Of a stretch of 64,000 nucleotides of DNA, positions 27,094 through 36,667 are shown piece by piece. A model generated the notes under the pieces. The model ran no database searches and had not been told where the DNA came from. It saw only the letters and a program-made list of their open reading frames with translations. The translations under genes were made by a program, and so were the position numbers. The DNA is from Thermoplasmata archaeon (GTDB lineage Archaea > Thermoplasmatota > Thermoplasmata > Lutacidiplasmatales > UBA184), in NCBI GenBank assembly GCA_022750375.1, contig JAKIVU010000001.1:30695-94694 (forward strand). Reading direction: 5' to 3'. Positions within the stretch are counted from its first letter, which is position 1, and the number at the start of each line of letters is the position of its first letter.

Positions 27094-27620
27094 GCACCGG
27101 ACCGAACTACCGTGTACCGTTCCGGCGCCGACGTGAGGGCAAGACCGATTACCGGGTCCGCCTGCGTCTGTTGAAATCCGGCGAACCGCGAGCGGTCGTT
27201 CGCCTCACCGACCGCCGGGTCCGCGTCGCGCTCGTCACCTATGATCCGACGGGCGACCGCGTCCTCGCCGCCGCCGACAGCCGAGAGCTGGGCGGCGTGG
27301 AGTTTCCCGCGGGCAGCCTCGCTTCGACCCCGGCCGCCTACCTTACAGCGTATCTCGCCGGCCTGCGCGCGAAGGCGAACGGCGCGGAGTCGGCCGTGCT
27401 CGACGCGGGCCTGCGCCATCCGACCCACGGCGGGCGATTGTCGGCCGCGCTCAAGGGTCTGCTCGACGCCGGGATCGAGATCCCCCACGGCGAGGGCGGG
27501 TTCCCCACCTCCGACCGATTGAACGGGGCCCATCTCGGCAAACCGCTCCCCTCCCCGATCGAGGCGTACAAGCTCAAGCTGCCCAGCATCCTCCAACGCG
27601 CTCCGGAGGCGGCCGCATGA
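27090..27620 (+). CDS. rpl18: 50S ribosomal protein L18 (uL18)
   Basis: YRVPFRRRREGKTDYRVRLRLLKSGEPRAVVRLTDRRV matches archaeal L18p. Confidence 0.9.
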   Translation: MSTGPNYRVPFRRRREGKTDYRVRLRLLKSGEPRAVVRLTDRRVRVALVTYDPTGDRVLAAADSRELGGVEFPAGSLASTPAAYLTAYLAGLRAKANGAESAVLDAGLRHPTHGGRLSAALKGLLDAGIEIPHGEGGFPTSDRLNGAHLGKPLPSPIEAYKLKLPSILQRAPEAAA

Positions 27621-28495
27621 GTCCGGCCTACGGGGGAGGCGACCGCCGGCCCGGCGGGCCGCCGGCACTCGCCCCTCCACCCCCCTGGTTGCCGAAGACC
27701 GAGCTCGGCAAGCGCGTCGCGGCGGACGAGATCACCACGATGAGCGCCGCGCTCGCCACCGGTCTGCCGCTCCGCGAGCCGCAGATCGTCGACAAGCTCC
27801 TCCCCGGACTCCACGACGAGGTCCTCGATGTGAACATGGTCCAGCGCATGACCGACTCCGGTCGTCGGTTCAAGTTCGCCGTCACGGTCGTCGTCGGGAA
27901 CGGCGACGGGTTCGTCGGGCTCGGACGTGCGAAGGGCCGAGAAGTCGGACCGACCATTCGTCGCGCGATCGACCGTGCGAAGCTCGGCGTGATCGAAGTC
28001 CTCCGCGGATGCGGAAGCTGGGAGTGCGGCTGCGGCCGTTCCCACACGCTCCCGTTCCTCGTGCACGGCCGTTCGGGTTCGGTCGTCGTCACGTTCAAAC
28101 CGGCCCCCCGGGGCGTGGGTCTCGCGGTCGGAGGGGTGGCGAAGCCGGTGCTCCGATTCGCCGGGATCACCGACGCCTGGGGGTACACCGCCGGCCACTC
28201 GAAGACCACCGTGAACTACGCGCAGGCGGCCTACCGAACCCTCGTCGCGCTCTCCGAACTGAAGGTCCCTCCGGAGGACGCGGCTCGCCTCAAGATCGTT
28301 CGTGGCCCGATCGGAACGTCGATCCTGCCTCCGAAGGAGGAGGGAGCCCGCCCGATGCGTGGCGGGCGCGGTGGCCGACGCCCCGGTGGGCGCGGTGGTC
28401 CGCCCGGACGCGGCGGGCCGGGACGGGGCGGACCGGGGGCGCCGGGCGGTGGCCCCGGCGGGGCACGGCGGCCCGGACCGCCGACAGGAAGGTAA
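27617..28495 (+). CDS. rps5: 30S ribosomal protein S5 (uS5) with Gly/Arg/Pro-rich N-terminus and about 55-aa RGG-repeat C-terminal tail
   Basis: The core is VQRMTDSGRRFKFAVTVVVGNGDGFVGLGRAKG ... RGCGSWECGCGRSHTLPF. The tail is RGGRGGRRPGGRGGPPGRGGPGRGGPGAPGGGPGG. Confidence 0.9.
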   Translation: MSPAYGGGDRRPGGPPALAPPPPWLPKTELGKRVAADEITTMSAALATGLPLREPQIVDKLLPGLHDEVLDVNMVQRMTDSGRRFKFAVTVVVGNGDGFVGLGRAKGREVGPTIRRAIDRAKLGVIEVLRGCGSWECGCGRSHTLPFLVHGRSGSVVVTFKPAPRGVGLAVGGVAKPVLRFAGITDAWGYTAGHSKTTVNYAQAAYRTLVALSELKVPPEDAARLKIVRGPIGTSILPPKEEGARPMRGGRGGRRPGGRGGPPGRGGPGRGGPGAPGGGPGGARRPGPPTGR

Positions 28496-28499
28496 CAAC

Positions 28500-28958
28500 A
28501 TGGCGTGGATGGTGGTACGGGTGCGCGGAACGATTCATGCGCGGCACGACGTCGTGGAGACGTTGCAGTTCCTCCACCTGACCCGACCCAACAACGCGAC
28601 CGTGCTCCCCGAGGCAGCGTCGTTCAAGGGGATGCTCACGAAGGTCCAAGGGTACGTCACCTGGGGCGAGGCCGAGCCCGAGACCGTCAGTCTGCTACTG
28701 CAGGAACGCGGCGAGACCCTCGAGGGGAAACGCATCACCCCGGAGGTGCTCGGCGACGAGCTCCGGGCGAAGGACCTCCCCGAACTCACGCGCTCCGCGC
28801 TGGAGCGGGGGCTTCCCCCGATCGCCGGGCTCCGTCCCCGGTTCCGACTCAAGGCGCCGAAAGGCGGCTGGCGTTCGACCAAGAAGCCGTATGCCCTCGG
28901 AGGGGCGCTCGGCTACCGCGGGCGCTCGATCAACGACCTCGTCCGCCGGATGATGTAA
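28500..28958 (+). CDS. rpl30: 50S ribosomal protein L30 (uL30)
   Basis: MAWMVVRVRGTIHARHDVVETLQFLHLTRPNNATVLPEAASFKGMLTKVQGYVTWGE matches archaeal L30P. Confidence 0.85.
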   Translation: MAWMVVRVRGTIHARHDVVETLQFLHLTRPNNATVLPEAASFKGMLTKVQGYVTWGEAEPETVSLLLQERGETLEGKRITPEVLGDELRAKDLPELTRSALERGLPPIAGLRPRFRLKAPKGGWRSTKKPYALGGALGYRGRSINDLVRRMM

Positions 28959-28968
28959 GGAGGTCGAC

Positions 28969-29415
28969 ATGCCGAGCCGTACACGAAAGTTCCGTGGTCT
29001 GCGCACCCACGGACGAGGGATCAAGGCCGGACGCGGCGCGGGCAAGCAGGGCGGCCGAGGCAACGCCGGCCTGCACAAGTACAAGTTCAAGTCGATGCTG
29101 ATCTACGCGCCGAACCACTTCGGGCGGCACGGCTTTCAGCGGCCCCCCGAGATCGTCGCGCGACCGACGTCGATCAACGTGGGGGAGCTCGACTCGTTCG
29201 TCCCGGTCCTCGAGGCGGCCGGCGCCCTCTCGCGGGATGGGGAGGCGTTCGTCGCCGACCTGACGAAGGCCGGGGTCGACCGACTGCTCGGCAAGGGTTC
29301 CTCCGACCGCTCCTGGAAGGTCATCGTGGCCCACGCGACCCGCCACGCCCGCGAGAAGGTCGCGGTCGTCGACGCGGCGAAGGCGGCCGCTCCCGCCAGC
29401 GCGGGTTCCCCGTAG
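28969..29415 (+). CDS. rpl15: 50S ribosomal protein L15 (uL15)
   Basis: RKFRGLRTHGRGIKAGRGAGKQGGRGNAGLHKYKF matches L15. Confidence 0.9.
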   Translation: MPSRTRKFRGLRTHGRGIKAGRGAGKQGGRGNAGLHKYKFKSMLIYAPNHFGRHGFQRPPEIVARPTSINVGELDSFVPVLEAAGALSRDGEAFVADLTKAGVDRLLGKGSSDRSWKVIVAHATRHAREKVAVVDAAKAAAPASAGSP

Positions 29416-29417
29416 AC

Positions 29418-29426
29418 TATATAAAT
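29418..29426 (+). promoter_or_regulatory. TATA-box-like element (TATATAAAT) immediately after rpl15, upstream of secY
   Basis: It is an AT-rich nonamer in a 36-nt intergenic gap. It lies 25 nt before the first in-frame ATG of the secY ORF, which would give a leaderless transcript. Confidence 0.4.
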
Positions 29427-29451
29427 CGGGCTCGGGGTCATCGGCCGTTCG

Positions 29452-31218
29452 ATGGTGGACGAGGAGATTCCCCGCGACAACCGGTGGGCGGTCGCGCTCG
29501 CCGTCGTCGGCATCGCGCTCCTCGCGTTGATCTGGGAGTGGGCCCATCCGACCGTCGTCGCCTTCGGGGTCGCGTCGGCGATCGTCTTCATCGTGATGAC
29601 CCTGTTCTATCTGGGACTCTCCTACCAGGGAACACGCTCGCGCCTGTACGGTCTGAAACCGATCACGACGCGCATGCCCGCGGTCTCGCAGCCGAAGGGC
29701 CACGTCCATTTCCGGACGAAGATGTTCTGGACGATCGGCGTCCTCCTCACGTATTTCCTGCTCACCAACATCTACCTCTTCGGCGTCGACCAGGCGACCG
29801 TCATCGACCTGTTCGCCAGCTACCGCGCCATCCTCGCCGGCGCGCAAGGGACGCTCATGCACCTCGGGATCGGCCCGATCGTCACCGGGTCGATCATCAT
29901 GCAGTTATTCACCGGCGCGAAGATCATCAACCTCGACCTCACGGACGATGAGGACAAGGGTACCTACCAGGGGACGCAGAAGGTCCTCGTCATCGCGATG
30001 ATCTTCATCGAGGCGGTGCCGCAGGTCTTCGGGTACCTGACGCCGTCCGCGAGCCTGGTCACCTCGCTCGGTCAGGTCTCGCCGGGAAACGGGCTCCTGC
30101 TGGGCAACGCGATCATCATCGCGCAACTCGTCTTCGGCAGCTACCTCGTCTTCCTGATGGACGAGGTCGTGTCGAAATGGGGGATCGGCAGCGGGATCTC
30201 GCTGTTCATCGCGGCCGGCGTCTCGCAACAGATCATCCAGGGTACCCTCAACTGGGTTCCCCAAACGCCCGGCGCGGCGATCTCCGCGGCGAATCCGCCG
30301 AGCGGGACGATCCCGAAGACGATCTACTTCTTCACCCACTTTTCCGCGTCCCAAATGGCGAGCGGCGGCTGGGAGCTCGTCTTGTTACGGGCGCCGAATC
30401 CGATCATCGCTCTCGTGGGAACGGCCGCGATCTTCTTCCTGGTGGCCTGGACGGAGTCGACCCGGATCGAGCTCCCCCTCTCGCACGCCGAGTCCCGGGG
30501 GGCGCGGGGACGGTACCCGCTGCGCCTGATCTACGCGTCCAACATCCCCGTGATCCTGATGAGCGCCCTGCTCGCCAATGTCTCCGTCTTCACCATCCTT
30601 CTCTGGACGAACCCGACCCTCGTCCACTTCCCGCTCATCGGCCATCAATGGTGGATAGGGTCGTACCCGACGGCCGCGCAAGCGTCGTTAATGGGCGTCA
30701 GCCAAACGCAGCCGTTAACGGGCGGAGCCTACTATTTCTCGACGGTCAACGGCTTAGAGGCCTGGCTGTTACCGATCCTCAACTACCAGCAGTACGGAAG
30801 CTTCCTCGTCGGCCACGCCTGGTGGCAGGGGCTGATCCACGTCGGCGTCTACTTCGGTGCGATGGTCGGCGGCTCGATCCTGTTCGCCAAGTTCTGGATC
30901 CAGACGACCAACATGGGCCCCGAGGCGGTCGCTCGCCAGATCGAGGCGTCGGGGATGCAGATCCCCGGTTTCCGTAGAGAGCCGCGCGTCTTGCGTCGGG
31001 TGCTCGAACGGTACATCCCGGTCATCACGGTGATCTCGGGGGCCGCCGTGGGTGCGCTCGCGGCCGGCGCCGACCTCATAGGGACGCTTGGCAATGCCAG
31101 TGGTACGGGGGTGCTCCTCATGGTCGGGATCATCATCAACCTCTACGAGGCGATGGGTCGCGAGCAGCTGATGGAGATGAACCCGCTCCTCCGGCGCTTC
31201 CTGGGTGGCGAGACGTAG
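29452..31218 (+). CDS. secY: Preprotein translocase subunit SecY (588 aa; unusually long, about 70-aa N-terminal extension relative to canonical archaeal SecY; alternative start Met at 29596)
   Basis: The canonical N-terminal region begins near LYGLKPITTRMPAVSQPKGHVHFRTKMFWTIGVLLTYFLL. The protein has 10+ TM helices. Placement after L15 is universal. Confidence 0.9.
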   Translation: MVDEEIPRDNRWAVALAVVGIALLALIWEWAHPTVVAFGVASAIVFIVMTLFYLGLSYQGTRSRLYGLKPITTRMPAVSQPKGHVHFRTKMFWTIGVLLTYFLLTNIYLFGVDQATVIDLFASYRAILAGAQGTLMHLGIGPIVTGSIIMQLFTGAKIINLDLTDDEDKGTYQGTQKVLVIAMIFIEAVPQVFGYLTPSASLVTSLGQVSPGNGLLLGNAIIIAQLVFGSYLVFLMDEVVSKWGIGSGISLFIAAGVSQQIIQGTLNWVPQTPGAAISAANPPSGTIPKTIYFFTHFSASQMASGGWELVLLRAPNPIIALVGTAAIFFLVAWTESTRIELPLSHAESRGARGRYPLRLIYASNIPVILMSALLANVSVFTILLWTNPTLVHFPLIGHQWWIGSYPTAAQASLMGVSQTQPLTGGAYYFSTVNGLEAWLLPILNYQQYGSFLVGHAWWQGLIHVGVYFGAMVGGSILFAKFWIQTTNMGPEAVARQIEASGMQIPGFRREPRVLRRVLERYIPVITVISGAAVGALAAGADLIGTLGNASGTGVLLMVGIIINLYEAMGREQLMEMNPLLRRFLGGET

Positions 31219-32077
31219 TCCGATGCCGACCGACGAGGAGCCGCTGCCGTCCAGCACCGCGCTCGAGCTCTCCTCGACCGACGAGGCCGACCTCGAGGCG
31301 GAACAGGAGGCGGCGACCGAGGCCGACCCGACCCCGAAACGACCCGCGGCTCCCGCGTTCAAGATCTCGACGTTCATCTACGTCTTCCTCGGGATGCTCG
31401 GCCTCTTGATGATCATCGATACGGCGGCACGGAACAGCGTCGCCTGCCTGCTCGGGACGTATACGGTGCTGTCCCCCCTCGGCCCGACGACGTGCGCGAC
31501 CGGTGGAGGCCCTCTCTATTTCGTGATCGGATTCCAGAGCCACTACCTCCTCCTCACGATGGCGATCGCCGGCGCGATCGAGATGCTGATCACCGCCGTC
31601 GCCTACAACTACACGACCGACTGGATCAAGGCGGCCAAGGTCCAGAAGTGGAGCGCGGCGTTCCGCAAGGTGCAGATGGAGGCGATTCGGTCGGGGAAGA
31701 AGGACCGTATCGCGGCGTTGAAGCCCCACCAGGAGCGGCTCACGCGCCTCTCGAGCGAAGTCTCGATCGCCCAGTTCAAGGGGATGGCGATCACTTGGTT
31801 CCTGCTGATCCTGATCTACACGTGGGTCGGCCTTCTCATCGCCGCCGCGTCGCCGGTCGCCCAGACCGTGAGCCTGGGTGGAACAGTGGTGAACCTCTAC
31901 TTGTACAGGGTGGCCGGCTACTTCCCCCTGTGGTTCTTCATCTTCAGCCTGTACACCATTCCGTTCTCTCTCGTCTTCCGCCGGGTCCTGAAGAACTACT
32001 GGCTGCGTCGACACCTGGACGGGAAACCGACCCCGCCCACACCTCCGGCCGTGGGAGCAGCCGGGGGTTCGGCGTGA
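31205..32077 (+). CDS. DUF106 family membrane protein (archaeal Oxa1/YidC/EMC3-like insertase homolog) with acidic N-terminal extension
   Basis: Three TM helices flank the amphipathic coiled-coil KWSAAFRKVQMEAIRSGKKDRIAALKPHQERLTRL. The secY-adjacent position is typical for archaeal DUF106. Confidence 0.6.
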   Translation: MARRSPMPTDEEPLPSSTALELSSTDEADLEAEQEAATEADPTPKRPAAPAFKISTFIYVFLGMLGLLMIIDTAARNSVACLLGTYTVLSPLGPTTCATGGGPLYFVIGFQSHYLLLTMAIAGAIEMLITAVAYNYTTDWIKAAKVQKWSAAFRKVQMEAIRSGKKDRIAALKPHQERLTRLSSEVSIAQFKGMAITWFLLILIYTWVGLLIAAASPVAQTVSLGGTVVNLYLYRVAGYFPLWFFIFSLYTIPFSLVFRRVLKNYWLRRHLDGKPTPPTPPAVGAAGGSA

Positions 32078-32622
32078 TCGGGTGGGTCATCGCGATCGGG
32101 GGCCCTCCCGGCAGCGGAAAATCGACCGCCGGCCGGCGGGTGGCGGAGCGACTCGAGCTCGGGTACCACTCGGCCGGCGAGCTGTTCCGGGCCGAGGCGG
32201 CGCGCCGTTCGATGGACCTCGAGGCGTTCGGAAGGTACGCGGAAGCCCACCCGGAGGTCGACCGGGAGCTCGACCTCGTCATGCAGGCGCTCGCCCGCCC
32301 CGGGCAGGTGCTCGACGGTCGGATCCAGGGAATTCTCTGTCGGAGGAACGGAACGCCCGTCCGCTCGATCATTGTGACCGCGGACGCTGCCGAGCGGGTC
32401 CGGCGGGTCGCGCAGCGGGACGGGCAGTCGGTGGCCGAGGCCACGGAGCGCGTCCGGGCCCGCGAGGCGAGCGAACGCGCGCGGTACGCGAAGTTCTACG
32501 GGATCGACGTCGACCGCGAACCCGCCGACCTGACGATTGACTCGACGCATCGCCCTCCCGCCGAGGTAGCGAGCGCGATCGTCGACTTCGTCCGCGCCCC
32601 TTCCGCCGAGCGCTCCGAATGA
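32074..32622 (+). CDS. cmk: Cytidylate kinase, archaeal type
   Basis: The GTG start overlaps the upstream stop. The P-loop is IAIGGPPGSGKST, followed by GYHSAGELFR. The size is about 182 aa. Synteny secY-DUF106-cmk. Confidence 0.7.
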   Translation: MIGWVIAIGGPPGSGKSTAGRRVAERLELGYHSAGELFRAEAARRSMDLEAFGRYAEAHPEVDRELDLVMQALARPGQVLDGRIQGILCRRNGTPVRSIIVTADAAERVRRVAQRDGQSVAEATERVRAREASERARYAKFYGIDVDREPADLTIDSTHRPPAEVASAIVDFVRAPSAERSE

Positions 32623-33578
32623 CCGACCCGGTCATCGATCCCGTGGCGTCCCGCCTCGCCGAGGGTGCGTTCCTTCTGATCGACAAGCCCCGGGGTCCGT
32701 CGTCGCACCAAGTGACGGCGTGGGCCCGGGACCTCCTCGGGGTCGAACGGGCCGGCCACGCCGGCACCCTCGACCCGAACGTCTCGGGACTCCTCTGGGT
32801 AGGGGTCGGGCCCGCGCTCAAGCTGTTGCCGCTCGTCCTCGAATTCCCGAAGCGGTACGTCGGGGTCGTCGCGCTCCACGGAGCGGTGCCCGCGAAAGAG
32901 CTCGCGCGCGTCCTGGCGGAATTCACCGGTCCGGTCTACCAGACGCCCCCGGTCCGTTCGGCGGTGCGACGGGAGCGCCGGGTGCGCACGATCCACCGAC
33001 TCGAGCTCGTCGAATCGGTCGGGAACCGGCTTCTGATCGACGTCGTCGCGGAGTCGGGGACGTACATCCGGACGCTCGCGGTCGACCTCGGCGAGGCGCT
33101 CGGGGTCGGCGGCCATCTCGAAGAGCTCCGGCGGGTCGCCACGGGGCCGTTCGACGAGTCCCGGAGCGTGTCGCTTGCGACCCTCGCCGACGCGGTCGCC
33201 CGGCGCGCGACCGGTGACGCCGCGCCGCTCGTCGCCTTGCTCCACCCGATCGAGGAGGTCTGGAAGGAGTTCCCCGCGATCGTCGTCAAGGACGCCGCGG
33301 CGAGCGCGGTCGCGCACGGAGCGGGTCTCGCGAGCGGCGGCATCCTCGCGCTGCCTCAATCGTTCGCCCGCGGCGCCCGGGTCGCCCTCGTGAATCGCGC
33401 CGGTGCGCTCATCGCGACCGGCGTCGCGCGCCACGATGCCGCGGCCATGGGAGCGATCCCCCACGGTTGGGTGGTCGACGAAACCCGGGTGTTCGTGGAT
33501 TCCGCGCAGTTCCCCGCGCTCTGGCAGGGACCGCGAACGACGCGTCGCCCCGCCGCCGACGACGACGCAGTCCGCTAG
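32619..33578 (+). CDS. cbf5: tRNA pseudouridine(55) synthase / H/ACA RNP catalytic subunit Cbf5 (TruB family with PUA domain)
   Basis: The motif is GHAGTLDPNVSGLL, with the catalytic Asp. The C-terminal PUA-like region (IVVKDAAASAVAHGAGL) is present. Confidence 0.85.
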   Translation: MTDPVIDPVASRLAEGAFLLIDKPRGPSSHQVTAWARDLLGVERAGHAGTLDPNVSGLLWVGVGPALKLLPLVLEFPKRYVGVVALHGAVPAKELARVLAEFTGPVYQTPPVRSAVRRERRVRTIHRLELVESVGNRLLIDVVAESGTYIRTLAVDLGEALGVGGHLEELRRVATGPFDESRSVSLATLADAVARRATGDAAPLVALLHPIEEVWKEFPAIVVKDAAASAVAHGAGLASGGILALPQSFARGARVALVNRAGALIATGVARHDAAAMGAIPHGWVVDETRVFVDSAQFPALWQGPRTTRRPAADDDAVR

Positions 33579-33609
33579 GGTTATTTGGCCGGCTCGGTCG
33601 AACGCGACG

Positions 33610-36600
33610 ATGGCGCATCCCCCGGCACCTGCGGGCCCTGGAGGGACACGGCTTCTCGGCGGAATGGCGCGGTGGGTCGTGCGCCACCCGTGGTACCCGA
33701 TCATCTTCTGGGTCGCCCTGCTCCTGGTCACCGTCCCGTTCCTGTCGCTCATCGGGTCGGTGACGACGAACTCGACCCAGTCGTCCTCGCCCAACGCACC
33801 GAGCTCGCTCGCCAACGCCGAGCTCGCGCGACTGTTCCCGAACACGACGGGAGGTTCCTCGAGCACGATCCTGCTCACCGGACCGAATCTCACGGACGCG
33901 AACGCCCAGCGCGTCGTCCTCAACGTGACGAGCGCGCTCGAGGGGGATACCGCCCTCGCGGACCTCGGGTCCGTGAGCACCGTCTACTCGAGCTTCTCGC
34001 ACTACCTTGCGGGCCAGGGCGAGATCGCCACGGGCGTGATCGCGGCGGGGCTCGCGAGCACCCCCTCTGTCCCGGTCGCGGTGAACCAGACCGCGACGCT
34101 CTTCTGGGGTCCCCCCGGCCGCTTCCTCGGCACGTGGCAATCTCTCGTGGCGAACGGTAGCTCGCCGCAGGCGGCGAACTTTCCGGCCTATCAAAAGACC
34201 CTGACCGCGCTCGGGAACGCCACCGCCGAGATCACGATCCTCAACGCGTTCTATTCGGGGAACTCCACCGTGGCCGGCTTCAACGGCACGGCGGGCTGCT
34301 GGAACGACCCCCCGACCGTGGTCGCATGCTCCGATGCCACGGCCCGCGCCGCGGAGGCCGGTTGGATTCCCGCGTTGGTGCCCGTGCCGGCAGAACGGGC
34401 GGTGCCGTACGCGACGCTGGCTTCCCTCGGCATCGAGAACTTCACCCTTTGGCCGAGCGTCCAGTCGACCGTGGCGCTCGTGCTCGGAGAGGGCTCGGGA
34501 ATGTCGGGCGCCTGGGTCCTCCGGGTATGGCAGGCGTTCCCCACGGGGACCGCGACGCCCGCCGAGCTCGCGATCTGGGCCACCGAGCTGGTCGCCGCAT
34601 CGACCCTCGCGAGCGAGCCCCTCCCCGTCCCGCCGGCAATCTACACCGAGTTCGTCGACCCGAGCGGCACCGCCCAGATCGTCCAGCTCAGCTTCACGGT
34701 CGCCGACGACGCAACGAACGCGAGCGGCGGCGACCCGGTGTACGCCGACCTCGGACGGATCGACACCCTCGTCCCCGCCGTGGTGCATGCCTCCGACCCG
34801 ACCCGCTCGATCTCGTACGTGCAGACCGGTCCCGCTCCTCTCGACCTACTGACCCAGACGGCGGTGAACTCGTCGCTCGCGCTGGTGCTCCCTCTCACCG
34901 TGGGGCTCCTGCTCGTGATCTCGATGATCTACTTCCGGTCCCCGATGACCCCGCTCGTCACGTTCGGGATCCTCGGGATCGCGTTGGTCCTCGCCCTGGG
35001 CGGCACGGTGCTCATCGGCGAGCTGGTGGGCCACGTCGACTCGACCGCGCTCACGCTCGAGGAGGTGTTCGTCCTCGGGGTCGGGACGGACTACTCGATC
35101 TTCATGGTCGCGCGGTACCGGGAGGAGCTGGTCGCCGGAAAGAGCTCGGACGAGGCGATCGTTGCGTCGATCTCCTGGGCCGGCCAGTCGGTCGCGACGA
35201 GCGGGTCGACCGCGATCATCGCGACGCTCGCCCTCACGTTCAGCGGCGTCGCGCTCCTCGCGCAGTGGGGCGAAGTGCTCTCCCTCGCGATCTTGATCAC
35301 GGTCCTCGCGTCGCTCACGATGGTTCCCGCGTGCCTCAAGCTCGTCGGGCCCCGGATCTTCTGGCCGTCGACCGGCGAGCGGTTCCGACGCCGGGCGACC
35401 GTCGTCGCCGAACGGAACCGGACCGAGCAGACGTACTTCTACCAGGTCGGCCGCGCGACCCAGCGCCGTCCGGGCCTCACGGTCGGAGTGATCCTGCTCG
35501 TCTCGATCCCGCTGGTCCTCGTCGCGCTGCAGGTCCCCCTCTCGTACGACTTCTACGCGCAGCTCCCGAGCGGACATCCCGCGACCGACGGACTGAACGA
35601 GCTGGGCCAGCACTTCGGTCCGGGATTCGCGGTCCCGTCGTTCGCGCTCGTGACGTTCGCGTCGCCGCTGCTCGTTGGGAACGTGACCAATGCGACCGAA
35701 TTCACGGACTTAGCGTCGCTCACCGCACTCGCGAACGGTACCTCGGGGATCGCCTCGGTCTCCTCCCCGGTCGGCCCGGACGGCGGTTCGCTCTCGCAGT
35801 GGCTCAGCCTCTCGACTCTCCCGTCCGCGACCCGTACGAACCTGCTCGGAGTCCTTTCCGGATTCATCGGCACCGACGGCCGAACGGTGCTCCTCTCGAT
35901 GCAGCCGTCGTCGAGCGGTCTCTCCGTGGGTGCCGTCAACGCCGTGCAGTCGGTGCAATCGTCGTTCTCGGGATTCGCCTCCGCCCATCCCGAGGTCGCT
36001 TCCGTCGCGTACGGCGGGGGGGCGCCGACGATCAGCGACCTCGCCGACGAGACCCAGACCGCGACCGAGTACCTCGTCTTCGCGGTGAGCGTCGGCCTGG
36101 TGGTCGTCCTGCTGGTCGTCCTTCGGTCGTGGATCATCGCCCTGATGGCGATCGGAACGATCGGCATCTCGATCGGCTGGGCGTGGGCGGTGACGTACCT
36201 CGTTTTCGAGGGGGTGCTCGGGTTCCCGCTGTTCTTCTACGTCCGGACGATCCTGTTCATCCTGATCCTGGGCCTCGGCATCGACTACAACATCTTCCTG
36301 CTCACCCGGGTCCGGGAGGAGCGCGTACGGGGACGCAGCGCGGGGGACGCCGCGGTGGAGGCGGTCGCCCGGACCGGCGGGATCATCACCGCCGCGGCGG
36401 TCATCCTCGCGAGCGCGTTCGGTGCCCTGATGGTCGGCGAGTTCACGCTCATCCGGGCGATCGGCTTCTCCGTCGCGGTCGCGGTCCTCCTCGACGCGAT
36501 GGTCGTCCGCACGTACCTCGTCCCCGCGTCACTGCAGCTCCTCGGGGAGCGGGTCTGGAGCTTGAGCGGGCGCCGCCCCAAACCTTCGCCCGTCGGACCG

Positions 36601-36651
36601 TCGACCTCCCCGGAAGCTTCGGACGCCGCCGCAGCGGTCGAGAGCGCTTAG
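33610..36651 (+). CDS. MMPL/RND-superfamily membrane transporter (two 6-TM bundles with large extracytoplasmic loops)
   Basis: The duplicated motif is GVGTDYSIFMVARYREE / GLGIDYNIFLLTRVREE. There are 12 predicted TM helices. The ORF track extends upstream to 33403, but the first Met after the Cbf5 stop is 33610. Confidence 0.75.
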   Translation: MAHPPAPAGPGGTRLLGGMARWVVRHPWYPIIFWVALLLVTVPFLSLIGSVTTNSTQSSSPNAPSSLANAELARLFPNTTGGSSSTILLTGPNLTDANAQRVVLNVTSALEGDTALADLGSVSTVYSSFSHYLAGQGEIATGVIAAGLASTPSVPVAVNQTATLFWGPPGRFLGTWQSLVANGSSPQAANFPAYQKTLTALGNATAEITILNAFYSGNSTVAGFNGTAGCWNDPPTVVACSDATARAAEAGWIPALVPVPAERAVPYATLASLGIENFTLWPSVQSTVALVLGEGSGMSGAWVLRVWQAFPTGTATPAELAIWATELVAASTLASEPLPVPPAIYTEFVDPSGTAQIVQLSFTVADDATNASGGDPVYADLGRIDTLVPAVVHASDPTRSISYVQTGPAPLDLLTQTAVNSSLALVLPLTVGLLLVISMIYFRSPMTPLVTFGILGIALVLALGGTVLIGELVGHVDSTALTLEEVFVLGVGTDYSIFMVARYREELVAGKSSDEAIVASISWAGQSVATSGSTAIIATLALTFSGVALLAQWGEVLSLAILITVLASLTMVPACLKLVGPRIFWPSTGERFRRRATVVAERNRTEQTYFYQVGRATQRRPGLTVGVILLVSIPLVLVALQVPLSYDFYAQLPSGHPATDGLNELGQHFGPGFAVPSFALVTFASPLLVGNVTNATEFTDLASLTALANGTSGIASVSSPVGPDGGSLSQWLSLSTLPSATRTNLLGVLSGFIGTDGRTVLLSMQPSSSGLSVGAVNAVQSVQSSFSGFASAHPEVASVAYGGGAPTISDLADETQTATEYLVFAVSVGLVVVLLVVLRSWIIALMAIGTIGISIGWAWAVTYLVFEGVLGFPLFFYVRTILFILILGLGIDYNIFLLTRVREERVRGRSAGDAAVEAVARTGGIITAAAVILASAFGALMVGEFTLIRAIGFSVAVAVLLDAMVVRTYLVPASLQLLGERVWSLSGRRPKPSPVGPSTSPEASDAAAAVESA

Positions 36652-36667
36652 GCGCCGACGACCCCGA

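Noticed and set aside
33403-33609. N-terminal 69-aa extension of the MMPL ORF
   Set aside because: It overlaps the end of cbf5 in another frame and is Arg/Pro/Ser-rich. The first Met after the cbf5 stop (33610) gives a sensible signal-anchor start.
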